Assembly (NCBI RefSeq): GCF_001194135.2
Contig: NC_068994.1
Span: 14,516,279-14,549,339, forward strand
Source: Octopus bimaculoides
Lineage: Eukaryota
DNA length: 33,061 nucleotides
Reading direction: 5' to 3'
Shown here: piece after piece, positions 24,733 to 33,061 of the stretch
Position numbering within the stretch: position 1 is the first letter of the stretch
Layout of the letters: every line of letters begins with the position of its first letter
Translations under genes and position numbers: made by a program
Notes under the pieces: model-generated
Database searches by the model: none
What the model was told of the DNA's origin: nothing
Seen by the model: only the letters and a program-made list of their open reading frames with translations

Positions 24733-27700
24733 GATGGGCTTCTTTCAGTTTCTGTCTACCAGATCCACTCACAAGGCTTTGGTCGGCCCGAGGCTATAAC
24801 AGAAGACACTTGTCCAAGGTACCACGCAGTTAGACTGAACCCAGAACCATGTGATTCAGAAACTTCTTACCTCACAGCCAACTAATAAATAAAAACTTCA
24901 AATCCAACTACATTTGAGAAGGCTTTGTTACCTTACAAATACACACCTGTTTAACAAGAAACTTTATACAGTTCTATATTTAAGAGATGAGGAATTATGT
25001 ACATTATTTACATTTGGCTGATATTTGTCCTCATCTTGTTTGTTAACACAAAGTTTCAGCTGATATACCCTCCATCCTTCATCAGGTGTCTTGGGGAAAT
25101 TTTGAACCTGGGTTCTCATTCCTAAGTCATTTTTCGATACTATTATTATTATTATTATTATTATTCAGGTCACTGCATGGAATCAAACTCAGAATCTCGG
25201 GGTTAGTAACCCGCACTCTTAACCGCAATGCCAAATGTCTATAATTGCCCACAGGTATATGGCATAGTGGTTAAGAGCGCAGACTACTAACCCCAAGATT
25301 CCGAGTTCGATTCCAGGCAGTGATAATAATAATTATAACATCGAGAAATATCTTAGGAATGAGAACCCAGGTTCGAAATTTCCCCAAGACACCTGATGAA
25401 GGGTGGAGGGCATATCAGCCGAAATGTTGTGTTAACAACAAACAAGATGAAACAAATAGCTGTCAAATGTAAATAATGTAAATAATGAAGAAACTGTTTA
25501 ATATATGAAGTAAAAAATATCAAAAAACGTACAAGATCTCTAGCAAAACAAGATATAAGGAAAACAGTTTTGGACAGACCTTCAACAGCTGAGTAACTCT
25601 CTTTGTAAGATCGTTCAGTTCTGTCTTGCCAGGAATATTGTCAGGAAGTTCCCCAATCTTGACGAGACCTGTCTTATTGGCAAGACCTGTAGGTTTTTTA
25701 GGCACATAAAGGGATGGTAGTTGACTCATTTGATCCTGGTACAGAAACCAAAGCAGATTTAGTAACAACATTNNNNNNNNNNNNNNNNNNNNNNNNNNNN
25801 NNNNNNNNNNNNNNNNNNNNNNNNNNNNNNNNNNNNNNNNNNNNNNNNNNNNNNNNNNNNNNNNNNNNNNNNNNNNNNNNNNNNNNNNNNNNNNNNNNNN
25901 NNNNNNNNNNNNNNNNNNNNNNNNNNNNNNNNNNNNNNNNNNNNNNNNNNNNNNNNNNNNNNNNNNNNNNNNNNNNNNNNNNNNNNNNNNNNNNNNNNNN
26001 NNNNNNNNNNNNNNNNNNNNNNNNNNNNNNNNNNNNNNNNNNNNNNNNNNNNNNNNNNNNNNNNNNNNNNNNNNNNNNNNNNNNNNNNNNNNNNNNNNNN
26101 NNNNNNNNNNNNNNNNNNNNNNNNNNNNNNNNNNNNNNNNNNNNNNNNNNNNNNNNNNNNNNNNNNNNNNNNNNNNNNNNNNNNNNNNNNNNNNNNNNNN
26201 NNNNNNNNNNNNNNNNNNNNNNNNNNNNNNNNNNNNNNNNNNNNNNNNNNNNNNNNNNNNNNNNNNNNNNNNNNNNNNNNNNNNNNNNNNNNNNNNNNNN
26301 NNNNNNNNNNNNNNNNNNNNNGGAAGGGGAACAAAAAGGGGGAAGGGGAACAAAGAGGGGGAAGGGAAACAGAGGGAGAAGGGGAGCAAAGGGGAAACAA
26401 AGGAAAAGTAAAGGCCAATAAAAGGACAAGCAAAAGTGATGGAATGAAAGCAAAGGTGAAGGAGGAGAAAGAGAGAAACAGAGAGAGATGGAGAACAATA
26501 GTTATTTCAATGATGATGAAGAACAACTTACTCTTAGTCTCTGACCCTTTAAACGGATGTTTTCTTGAATTACATGATTTAATGCTTCTTTCATTGAAGA
26601 AATCTGCAAAAAACAAGCAAAAAAAAAAAAAAAACTTACAAGAGGTTGAAAGCAAAGAAGAAATACCCTTGAATCAGAATCCTATAAACACAACCTGGAC
26701 TGAGGAGTTTATTTCAGTTTAATGATTGAGGAGTTTAATTCACAAGCACACAGTACCGAGTTCATTTCCATTATGAAAACCTTTGGTCAAATGTTTTTAG
26801 TTCTTCAAGTAGATCAAAGCTTTTGTTGCCCAATGTCTTATCTATTTTTCCATGTTTGCATGAGTCAGATGAGAATATGTTGGGAGAGAGATTTTCTATG
26901 TGTGGATGCCCTTCCTGACACCAACACTCACCTGCTTCCAAGTAAGGTCATAATACCCTGGTCCATCATCATTTAACATCCGTTGTCCATGCTGGCAAGC
27001 TGCACCAAACTGCAGTCTGATTTGGCATGGTTTCTATGGCTGGATGCCCTTCCTAATGCCAACCACTCCGATAGTGTAACGGGTGCTTTTACGTGCCATT
27101 GGCACAGTATCTGTCACAACTACAATTTTACTTGGCTTGATGGATCTTCTCAAGCATGACATAATACCAAAGGTCTGTCATTCATCATTGCCTCCATGGA
27201 GCTTTTCACAACCATCATGCCACTTTGCCTCCAATGAAGCTCAATGTGCAAAAGGTGTTTTTTATGTGCCACTGGCACCGGGTTGTCAGTTACGTGACAC
27301 CAGCATCAGCCACGACTACGATTTCACTTGGCTTGACAGGTCTTCTCAAGTACAGCATATCGCTACTGAACAACAAAAAAGGCCAGACATAAGCTACAAG
27401 GAAAGCTAGAAACAAACAACAACATTTGTACAAGTCTTTTTGCTTATGAAGATTGTGCAACATAAAGACATGTCAAGAAACCTGGATGTGCTTTTGTGGT
27501 GGACTGCAAGCAAATGACACTGTCTATATTAGTGGCTCTCAACTGGGGTCCATATGGCCCATGAGGATTCATATATAATTTTGTTGTTGATCTCAAACTG
27601 TAGATGGAACATGTGGAAAAAGAATCAGGAAGACATGGGGACAAGGTGGTGAAGCAAGACCTTCGAATGTTGGACCTCATGGAGGCAATGACAAGTGACC

Positions 27701-28273
27701 GAGACTTTTGGCGATATGCTGTGCTTGAGAAAACTCATCAAGCCAAGGCCAAGTGAAATTGCAGTTGTGGCCAATGCCAGTATCACATAACTGGCACCTG
27801 CGTCGGTGGCACATAAAAGCACCGGTACTGGTGGCATGTAAAAGGTACTCATTACACTCTTAGAGTGGTTGGTATTAGGAAAGGCATCCAGCTGTAGAAA
27901 CCACGCCAAATTAGAGTGGATCTTGGTGCAGCTCTGCAGTTTACCAGTTCCAGTTAAACCGTCTAACCCATGCCAGCATAGAAAGCAGATACTAAATGAT
28001 GAGGAGGATGATTTATGTTCAATAAATTGCTTACACTTCTAGAATACACATATACTCTTTTACTTGTTTCAGTCATTTGACTGCGGCCATGCTAGAGCAC
28101 CGCCTTTAGTCGAGCAAATCGACCCCTGGACTTATTCTTTGTAAGCCTAGTACTTATTCTATCGGTCTCTTTTGCCGAACCACTAAGTTATGAGGACGTA
28201 AACACACCATCATCGGTTGACAAGCAATGTTGGGGGGACAAATACAGACACACAAACATATACACGCACATAC

Positions 28274-28343
<70 letters not shown>

Positions 28344-30832
28344 GACAGGCTTCTTTCAGTTTCCGTCTACCAAATCCACTCACAAGGCTTTGGTCGGCCC
28401 GAGGCTATAGTAGCAGACACTTGCCCAAGGTGCCATGCAGTGGAACTGAACCCGGAACCACAATTCCTAATAATATTTTTAAAAAATATATATAATAGAA
28501 TTTTTATTTATATGCACTGAATGGTTATGGGGTTCCAGTAGAGTAAACAGGGAATCAAAGGAGTCCATAGATGAAAAATGGTTGAGAACCACTGGTCTAT
28601 ACAGAACAGTGAGGCATTTTTGTTTACAATCAGAGAACACATTAAGAAAGGAAAGGAAATGCAATGCAACAAAATTAAACAAAACAAACTCACTCACACT
28701 CACACATACACACAAAATAGGAGATTAAGAAAAATTTTGAAACAGTCTCTTACCTGTTGTTTCAGCATTGGTGATTCTTGAACATTGGTAGATGATGTGC
28801 AGAGTACTGTAGGACTTGCTGTTAATGCACCAGAGATTAATGAAGGAGAAGAAAATATTACATTTGGTAATTCAATAAAATTGTGTAACATGATTTTTGT
28901 CCTTGGGTAGCAACTGTTATTTCCTATTGCTTACCCCTACAAAGTGTGGAAAATGGCTACTATTTCCTTCAAACTTTGTTTTTGTTACATTTATTCAAGC
29001 CCCAAAGAATCCCTCACAATACATGGCTATGATGTTCCCCAACTACTCCTACTTATGATCAGAGATGCACATATTGTCAGCCATTAAAGGACATGCTCAA
29101 GTGGTTAAGGTCATGCAATTGACAAGCATATTTGTGGTATTGAGCAGAACATTTGGTATAACAATATTTCTGCTTCAGCACTGAATCTGTCTGAAATGTA
29201 ATGGAGAATAGGTCAGTTTCAAAAGACTGATGTCCAGGTCAGAAAAGCAAAGTTTGAAGGGAATAACAATCATATCCTTTGGTTTTTAGATAGAAGCAGA
29301 TAGGAAAAAACACTTACTGACTAAAGACAAAAAAAGAATTTTTAATTTTTTTTACAGTGTAATCAGAGTATTTCTAAAACGTTATGTATAATTGATTAAA
29401 TGTAATTTAATTTAAAATAATAGTTATAGCTGCTTTTGTTTAAAAATACAGTTTTTGGTTAAAATACAGTTTTTGGTTAAAATACAGTTGTCAAACACGA
29501 ATGATAGTCACTGCTTTAAGCAACAAAAGTTTCCTTTTTTGTAATGAAGAACGATCTTACAAAGTTCATTCTAGAAGCATTTGGAACATAAACAAACAGG
29601 AAATTTTAACTAATGTTTTCCACCGAGAGAATTCTAAAACACTTGGAAAAAGTAACAACATACAATTATAACTAAGTGGCATTCCTAACCCTCTTGGGAC
29701 ACCCAGACCAATTGATCAGCCCTGGTGATACAAGCTGAAAGGACTTTGAGGCCGACCCATCAGCCCGATGGAACAAATGTGGTGAATGGTTGGTTTTGAA
29801 GTGTAATAGCTAACCAGAGATTCAAATGACATCAATTAACTTTGAAAATAATGAAGTATTTCTCAGAGTTGGTTGGCACTCCGTCGCTTACGTCGAGGGT
29901 TCCTGTTGATCCGATCAACGGAACAGCCTGCTCGTGAAATTAACGTGCAAGTGGCTGAGCACTCCACAGACACGTGTACCCTTAACGTAGTTCTCGGGGA
30001 TATTCAGCGTGACACAGTGTGACAAGGCTGACCCTTTGAATTACAGGCACAACAGAAACAGGAAGTAAGAGTGAGAGAAAGTTGTGGTGGAAGAGTACAG
30101 CAGGGTTCGCCACCATCCCCTGCCGGACGCCTCGTGGAGCTCTAGGTGTTTTCGCTCAATAAACACTCACAACGCCCGGTCTGGGAATCGAAACTGCGAT
30201 CCTATGATCACGAGTCCGCAACTTCATTATTAAGCCAGTGTTTAGAACATAAACTAACATGAAATTTTGATTAAGGTTTCAAATGACACCATTTGTATCA
30301 CAAAAGCAGGGGCAGTTTCAAGCAGGTTAACACCAAAAGGGTTAATCTAAGGATCATAGTGCAGTACAAAACATCTTACCAGGTGGTGGGCCCGCAGAGT
30401 TGTTGCGAGAGAGTCCCTCCATCAGGTGCTTACGGGTGGCAGATTTGAACTTCTTTTCCAGCTCCGACCGATCCTCTTGCAGGTGATCAATGTCCTCTTG
30501 CATCATCCTGACATTCTTCTCAAACTGCCTGCAAAGATTGAAAATACATAACACATTCAATAAACACGGTGACTAAACTCCTTTCCTGGAAGAAAGCAGG
30601 GTAAAACAAGTGTGCCTTATTAATACTGAATATTTTTTTTTATTCTTTTACTTGTTCCAGTCATTTGACTGCAGCCATGCTGGATCACCGACCCCAGGAC
30701 TTACTCTTTGTAAGACTAGTACTTATTCTATTGGTCTCTTTTGCCAAATCACAAAAACACGCCACCATCAGTTGGCAAGCGATGGTGGGGGAACAAACAC
30801 AGATACACACATATAAATACATTCACAGACAG

Positions 30833-30864
<32 letters not shown>

Positions 30865-32277
30865 GATAGGTTTCTTTCTGTTTCTGTCTACTAAATCCAC
30901 TCACAAGGTTTTGGTTGGCCCGAGGCTATAGAAGACACTTGCCCAAGATGCCACACATTGGGACTGAACTCAGAACCATGTAGTTGAGAAGCAAGCTGCT
31001 TACTATGCAGCCATGCCTGCACCTACTGATGATGATGATGTGAGAAGTAGAAAGAATAAATAAATTCATCATCACCATTTTAATACCCACTTTTCCATGT
31101 CTGTATGAGTCAAGAGTTTTATTGAGGCAGATTTTCTATGGCAAGATGCCCTTCCTGTCACCAATCCTGTGTGCAAGCAAGATATTATTCCCCCACGGGC
31201 AGACATGTTCTTACAGAATCATCATCATCATTTAACATCTGTTTTCCATGCTGGGTTGGATGGTTTGACAGGAGCTGGCCCACCAAGGAGCGGTCCAGAC
31301 TCCAAACTACAGCTCAATGCCCTTCCTAATGCCAATCACTTTACAGAATGTGCTGGGTGCTTTTTAAGCTCTACCGACATGGGTGCTGTCATGAGTGCAT
31401 CTTACATGACACCAGCACCTGTAAAGGTGCTGGAAATAAAGACACTGCTTGCATGAGAGTGACAACCATTTTACAACTGGAGACACTAACATACACATAC
31501 TCACACACATATAGGTGGAACCACATAGTTCTAGGTTCAGTCTCATGGCATGGCACCTTGGGCAAGTGTCTTCTGCAATAGCCCTAGCTTGACCAAAGCC
31601 TTGTTAGTGGATTTGGTAGATGGAAACTGAAAGAAACCCACAGTATGTGCGTGAGTGTGTGTATTTTTGTGTTTGTCTCCCATCACTGCTTGACAATCGG
31701 TGTTGGTTTGTTTACATCCTTGTAACTTAGTGGTTAGGCAAAAGAGATAAAATAAGTATCGGGGTTGTCATTTGCCCTAAACTAGGACTGCCCTGTTATG
31801 TTGGCAATCTTTACTACAATTTTGAAATAATTCTTACTAATTTTAGCACAATTTAGGGCAACAATTTTGAAGGAAGTGGGAGGTTGATTACATCAACCCC
31901 AGTGCTCCTTTGGTATTTATTTTATTGACACCCCCCACCCCACCAAAAAAAAAATGAAAGACAAAAGTNNNNNNNNNNNNNNNNNNNNNNNNNNNNNNNN
32001 NNNNNNNNNNNNNNNNNNNNNNNNNNNNNNNNNNNNNNNNNNNNNNNNNNNNNNNNNNNNNTTTTGCCAGCTTGCTGCCTTTCAAATTTTAATATAATGT
32101 CCATTATATTAGCAGGAAAAAAAAACAAACTTACTTTTGTTGTTCGTCTAACTGAGATCGAACTTCATCCAGCTGTTGTTTCAATTTCTTGCTTTCATCC
32201 TCATATTCCTTGGTGGCAGTCTCCAGTTTCTTTTCAGTCACCTTCACCTTCAGCTGTTGCTGGCTCAATGTTTCTTG
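17423..32277 (-). CDS. DCTN1: Dynactin subunit 1 (p150Glued)-like gene, 3' portion (CC2 coiled coil to C-terminus); 9 exons, 5' part lies outside the window
   Basis: Spliced peptide [157 protein letters not shown]...[26 protein letters not shown]...[80 protein letters not shown] is colinear with the recalled human DCTN1 C-terminus ([67 protein letters not shown]). All visible introns are GT-AG with matching phases. Confidence 0.93.
17719..18111 (+). mobile_element. SINE family A inserted in a family C SINE, TSD AATACTCGAC
   Basis: TSD at 17709-17718 and 18112-18121. Confidence 0.9.
18345..18736 (+). mobile_element. SINE family A, identical duplicate of 17721-18111 across a gap (probable assembly artefact)
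   Basis: Same private variants and same 3' flank as the copy left of gap 18141-18344. Confidence 0.8.
18981..19200. mobile_element. TTAA-flanked piggyBac-like MITE (220 bp), second family
   Basis: TTAA-ACCTTTAGCATTT...GAACATTAAAGGT-TTAA. Confidence 0.65.
19347..19786 (+). mobile_element. tRNA-derived, CORE-like SINE family B with internal (TG)n and (GAGTAAA)n tail, full length, 11-bp TSD
   Basis: Head GGCGTAGGAGTGGCTGTGTGG, GTTCAGTCCC box, CCTTGGGTAAGTGTC core-like motif; TSD AAAACTACATA at 19336-19346 and 19787-19797. Confidence 0.9.
19799..19894 (-). CDS. DCTN1: DCTN1-like exon (96 nt, phase 0)
   Basis: Acceptor T-rich tract..tttaaacag, donor gtatgt; [32 protein letters not shown] matches [30 protein letters not shown]. 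Confidence 0.93.
20719..21095 (-). mobile_element. Two adjacent family B fragments (head 20719-20866; tail 20873-21095 running into gap)
   Basis: Homology to 19347-19786. Confidence 0.8.
21096..21939. other. Assembly gap (others: 4839-5132, 7364-7518, 9774-10219, 12668-12695, 17218-17227, 18141-18344, 25773-26321, 31969-32061)
   Basis: N runs. Confidence 1.
21940..21961 (-). CDS. DCTN1: DCTN1-like exon, 5' end only; remainder lies in gap 21096-21939
   Basis: Acceptor ttattttcattttgaacag, then phase-1 (G)GT ACC AAG CCA GTG ACT CAG = GTKPVTQ, at the position of human AKSPSAQ. Confidence 0.75.
22163..22382. mobile_element. piggyBac-like MITE (220 bp)
   Basis: TTAA-CCCTTTCATTAC...GTAACAAAAGGG-TTAA. 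Confidence 0.85.
22520..22680 (-). mobile_element. SINE family C
   Basis: Homology to family C. Confidence 0.75.
23057..23112 (+). repeat. 24-bp tandem repeat x2.3
   Basis: TATATACATGTGGATGAAGGTATG units. Confidence 0.85.
23320..23377 (-). CDS. DCTN1: DCTN1-like exon (58 nt, phase 0 to 1)
   Basis: Acceptor ttttttgtttccag, donor gtaagt; [19 protein letters not shown] matches TLNQLSTHTHVVDITRTSP. Confidence 0.9.
24495..24880 (-). mobile_element. SINE family B
   Basis: Homology to 19347-19786. Confidence 0.88.
25045..25090 (-). ncRNA. Degenerate minimal type I hammerhead ribozyme motif (second copy)
   Basis: Reverse strand GACAC-CTGATGA-A-GGATG(gagggtatat)CAGCT-GAAA-CTTT-GTGTT. Confidence 0.55.
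25388..25433 (+). ncRNA. Degenerate minimal type I hammerhead ribozyme motif
   Basis: GACAC-CTGATGA-A-GGGTG(gagggcatat)CAGCC-GAAA-TGTT-GTGTT: stem I GACAC/GTGTT, core CUGAUGA..GAAA, stem II 4 of 5 pairs. Confidence 0.6.
25580..25735 (-). CDS. DCTN1: DCTN1-like exon (156 nt, phase 0)
   Basis: Acceptor tttctgtaccag, donor gtctgt; [52 protein letters not shown]. Confidence 0.88.
26322..26490 (+). repeat. Purine-rich degenerate minisatellite (GGGGAACAAA-type), flanking a gap
   Basis: Direct. Confidence 0.8.
26532..26603 (-). CDS. DCTN1: DCTN1-like exon (72 nt, phase 0)
   Basis: Acceptor poly-T..ttttttgcag, donor gtaagt; [24 protein letters not shown] matches [24 protein letters not shown]. Confidence 0.92.
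26965..27365 (-). mobile_element. RTE 3'-end fragment with internal tandem duplication
   Basis: Reverse complement of 27660-28012; (ATC)n tail at left. Confidence 0.75.
27590..28012 (+). mobile_element. 5'-truncated RTE-clade LINE 3' end (ORF C-terminus, 3'UTR, (GAT)n tail)
   Basis: [14 protein letters not shown]/(+1 frameshift)/[31 protein letters not shown] fits the RTE C-terminal motif GRPRKxW..DL..A.DR..WR. Confidence 0.8.
28053..28461 (-). mobile_element. SINE family B with expanded (TA)n, nested in a Charlie-like MITE
   Basis: Homology to 19347-19786. Confidence 0.88.
28754..28818 (-). CDS. DCTN1: DCTN1-like exon (65 nt, phase 1 to 0); exact acceptor uncertain
   Basis: Pyrimidine tract then cattaacag, donor gtaaga; (A)[21 protein letters not shown] matches human [10 protein letters not shown]. 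Confidence 0.8.
29441..29489 (+). repeat. 18-bp tandem repeat x2.7
   Basis: TTAAAATACAGTTTTTGG units. Confidence 0.85.
29868..30219 (-). mobile_element. SINE family A, 5'-truncated, in DCTN1 intron
   Basis: Reverse complement of the family A body; about 30 nt of the head missing. Confidence 0.9.
30380..30528 (-). CDS. DCTN1: DCTN1-like exon (149 nt, phase 2 to 1)
   Basis: Acceptor atctttgcag, donor gtaaga; (K)[49 protein letters not shown]. Confidence 0.93.
30641..31024 (-). mobile_element. SINE family B
   Basis: Homology to 19347-19786. Confidence 0.85.
31070..31460 (-). mobile_element. Two RTE-tail-type fragments
   Basis: (ATC)n tails at about 31070 and 31220; homology to 27800-28012 and 23500-23630. 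Confidence 0.65.
31510..31770 (+). mobile_element. SINE family B, degenerate
   Basis: Homology to 19347-19786. Confidence 0.8.
32135..32277 (-). CDS. DCTN1: DCTN1-like exon (143 nt, phase 0 to 2)
   Basis: Acceptor ttttccctttatag, donor gtaagt; [47 protein letters not shown]. Confidence 0.92.
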
Positions 32278-32691
32278 CTATAAAGGGAAAACAAAAATAT
32301 GTTGGCCACTTAATGTCACTATATTAATGTAAAACCATATTGCATTTAACTTGTGACTGGATGGGGAGGACAAACAAAACAACAATCAATGAAAAATCAA
32401 TCATTTGAGAAAAAAAAAATGCTATTAATTTAGCAGAATAATCTTATTTTAAAGAAGACCCCTGTAAATGTATATTGCTTTAGTCAGAGAATCTCTAAAC
32501 CCTTTGAAAGTAGAGAGAGATTAACAATATATTTTGTGATAAGTTACATTCATAAACTAACAGAAATGAAAAACAATTTTTCATCATTTAATGCCCATTG
32601 TTCATATTGGCATGGGCTGGACGGTGTGACCAGGGCTGGCCAGCTGCACCAGACTCCAGTCTGATTTGACAGTTTCTAATGCCGGATTAGA

Positions 32692-33061
32692 GTGGAGGCG
32701 CAATGGCCCAGTGGTTAGGGCAGCGGACTCGCGGCCATAGGATCACGGTTTCGATTCCCAGACCGGGCGTTGTGAGTGTTTATTGAGCGAAAACACCTAA
32801 AGCTCCACGAGGCTCCAACAGAGGATGGTGGCGAACCCTGTTGTACTCTTTCACCACAACTTTCTCTCACTCTCACTCTTACTTCCTGTTTCTTTTGTGC
32901 CTGTAATTCAAAGGGTCAGCCTTGTCACACTGTGTCACGCTGAATATCCCCGAGAACTATGATAAGGGTACACGTGTCTGTGGAGTGCTCAGCCACTTGC
33001 ACGTTAATTTCACGAGCAGGCTGTTCCGTTGATCAGATCAACTGGAACCCTCGACGTAGTA
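32692..33061 (+). mobile_element. SINE family A, runs to window end
   Basis: GTGGAGGCGCAATGGCCCAGTGG head and body. Confidence 0.9.

Larger units (their letters stand above)
24970..25490. mobile_element. Head-to-head (foldback) pair of tRNA-headed elements with (AAT)n linker and hammerhead-like tail (family E)
   Basis: Arms about 25001-25233 (-) and 25259-25485 (+) are reverse complements, about 85-90% identical by eye. Each has A box TGGCATAGTGG-like, B box GTTCGATTCC-like and an (AATGTAAAT)n tail. Confidence 0.85.
27530..28594. mobile_element. hAT/Charlie-like MITE split by nested RTE and SINE insertions
   Basis: Left end TAGTGGCTCTCAACT, right end GGTTGAGAACCACTG, TSD GTCTATAT/GTCTATAC; both ends align to 10623-10949. 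Confidence 0.8.

Noticed and set aside
25259-25322. tRNA-like sequences here and at SINE heads
   Set aside because: No acceptor stem pairing and followed by repeat bodies; these are SINE heads, not tRNA genes.
4750-26655. Long ORFs in the track (4750-5274, 9333-10414, 17998-18441, 20962-22021, 25520-26655 etc.)
   Set aside because: Their length comes from N-runs and microsatellites. The only real coding parts inside them are DCTN1 exons.
28931-28945. TTTGTAG|GG|GTAAGC apparent 2-nt microexon on minus
   Set aside because: It breaks the phase needed by the next exon and lies in repeat-like sequence.
29847-30231. 11-bp inverted repeat (AATAATGAAGT / ACTTCATTATT) flanking the truncated family A SINE, suggesting an inverted TSD
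   Set aside because: Both flanks resemble the interior of the piggyBac-like MITE at 22163-22382, whose right end recurs at about 30330-30345. The symmetry likely comes from the host element.
1-33061. CRISPR arrays, rRNA or prokaryotic systems
   Set aside because: No regularly spaced repeat-spacer array and no rRNA motifs; the sequence is a spliced eukaryotic locus.

Overview
AT-rich, repeat-dense animal genomic DNA from a gapped draft scaffold (9 N-runs). The SINE, RTE and microsatellite repertoire looks like an octopus genome (inference from recalled repeat families). The only protein-coding gene I can support is the 3' part of a dynactin subunit 1 (p150Glued, DCTN1-like) gene on the minus strand. 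It has nine GT-AG exons from 32277 to the stop at 17423, phase-consistent wherever they can be checked; one exon runs into an assembly gap. The rest is intron, UTR or intergenic DNA with at least five tRNA-derived SINE families, 5'-truncated RTE LINE ends, hAT/Charlie-, piggyBac- and pogo/Tigger-like MITEs and microsatellites. Most ORFs in the supplied track are gap or repeat artefacts. The most notable non-genic signals are: (1) a head-to-head pair of tRNA-headed elements, each carrying a degenerate minimal type I hammerhead-ribozyme motif of Penelope style (24970-25490); (2) a 118-bp near-perfect palindrome downstream of the DCTN1 stop; (3) a SINE whose target-site duplication overlaps a DCTN1 splice donor.
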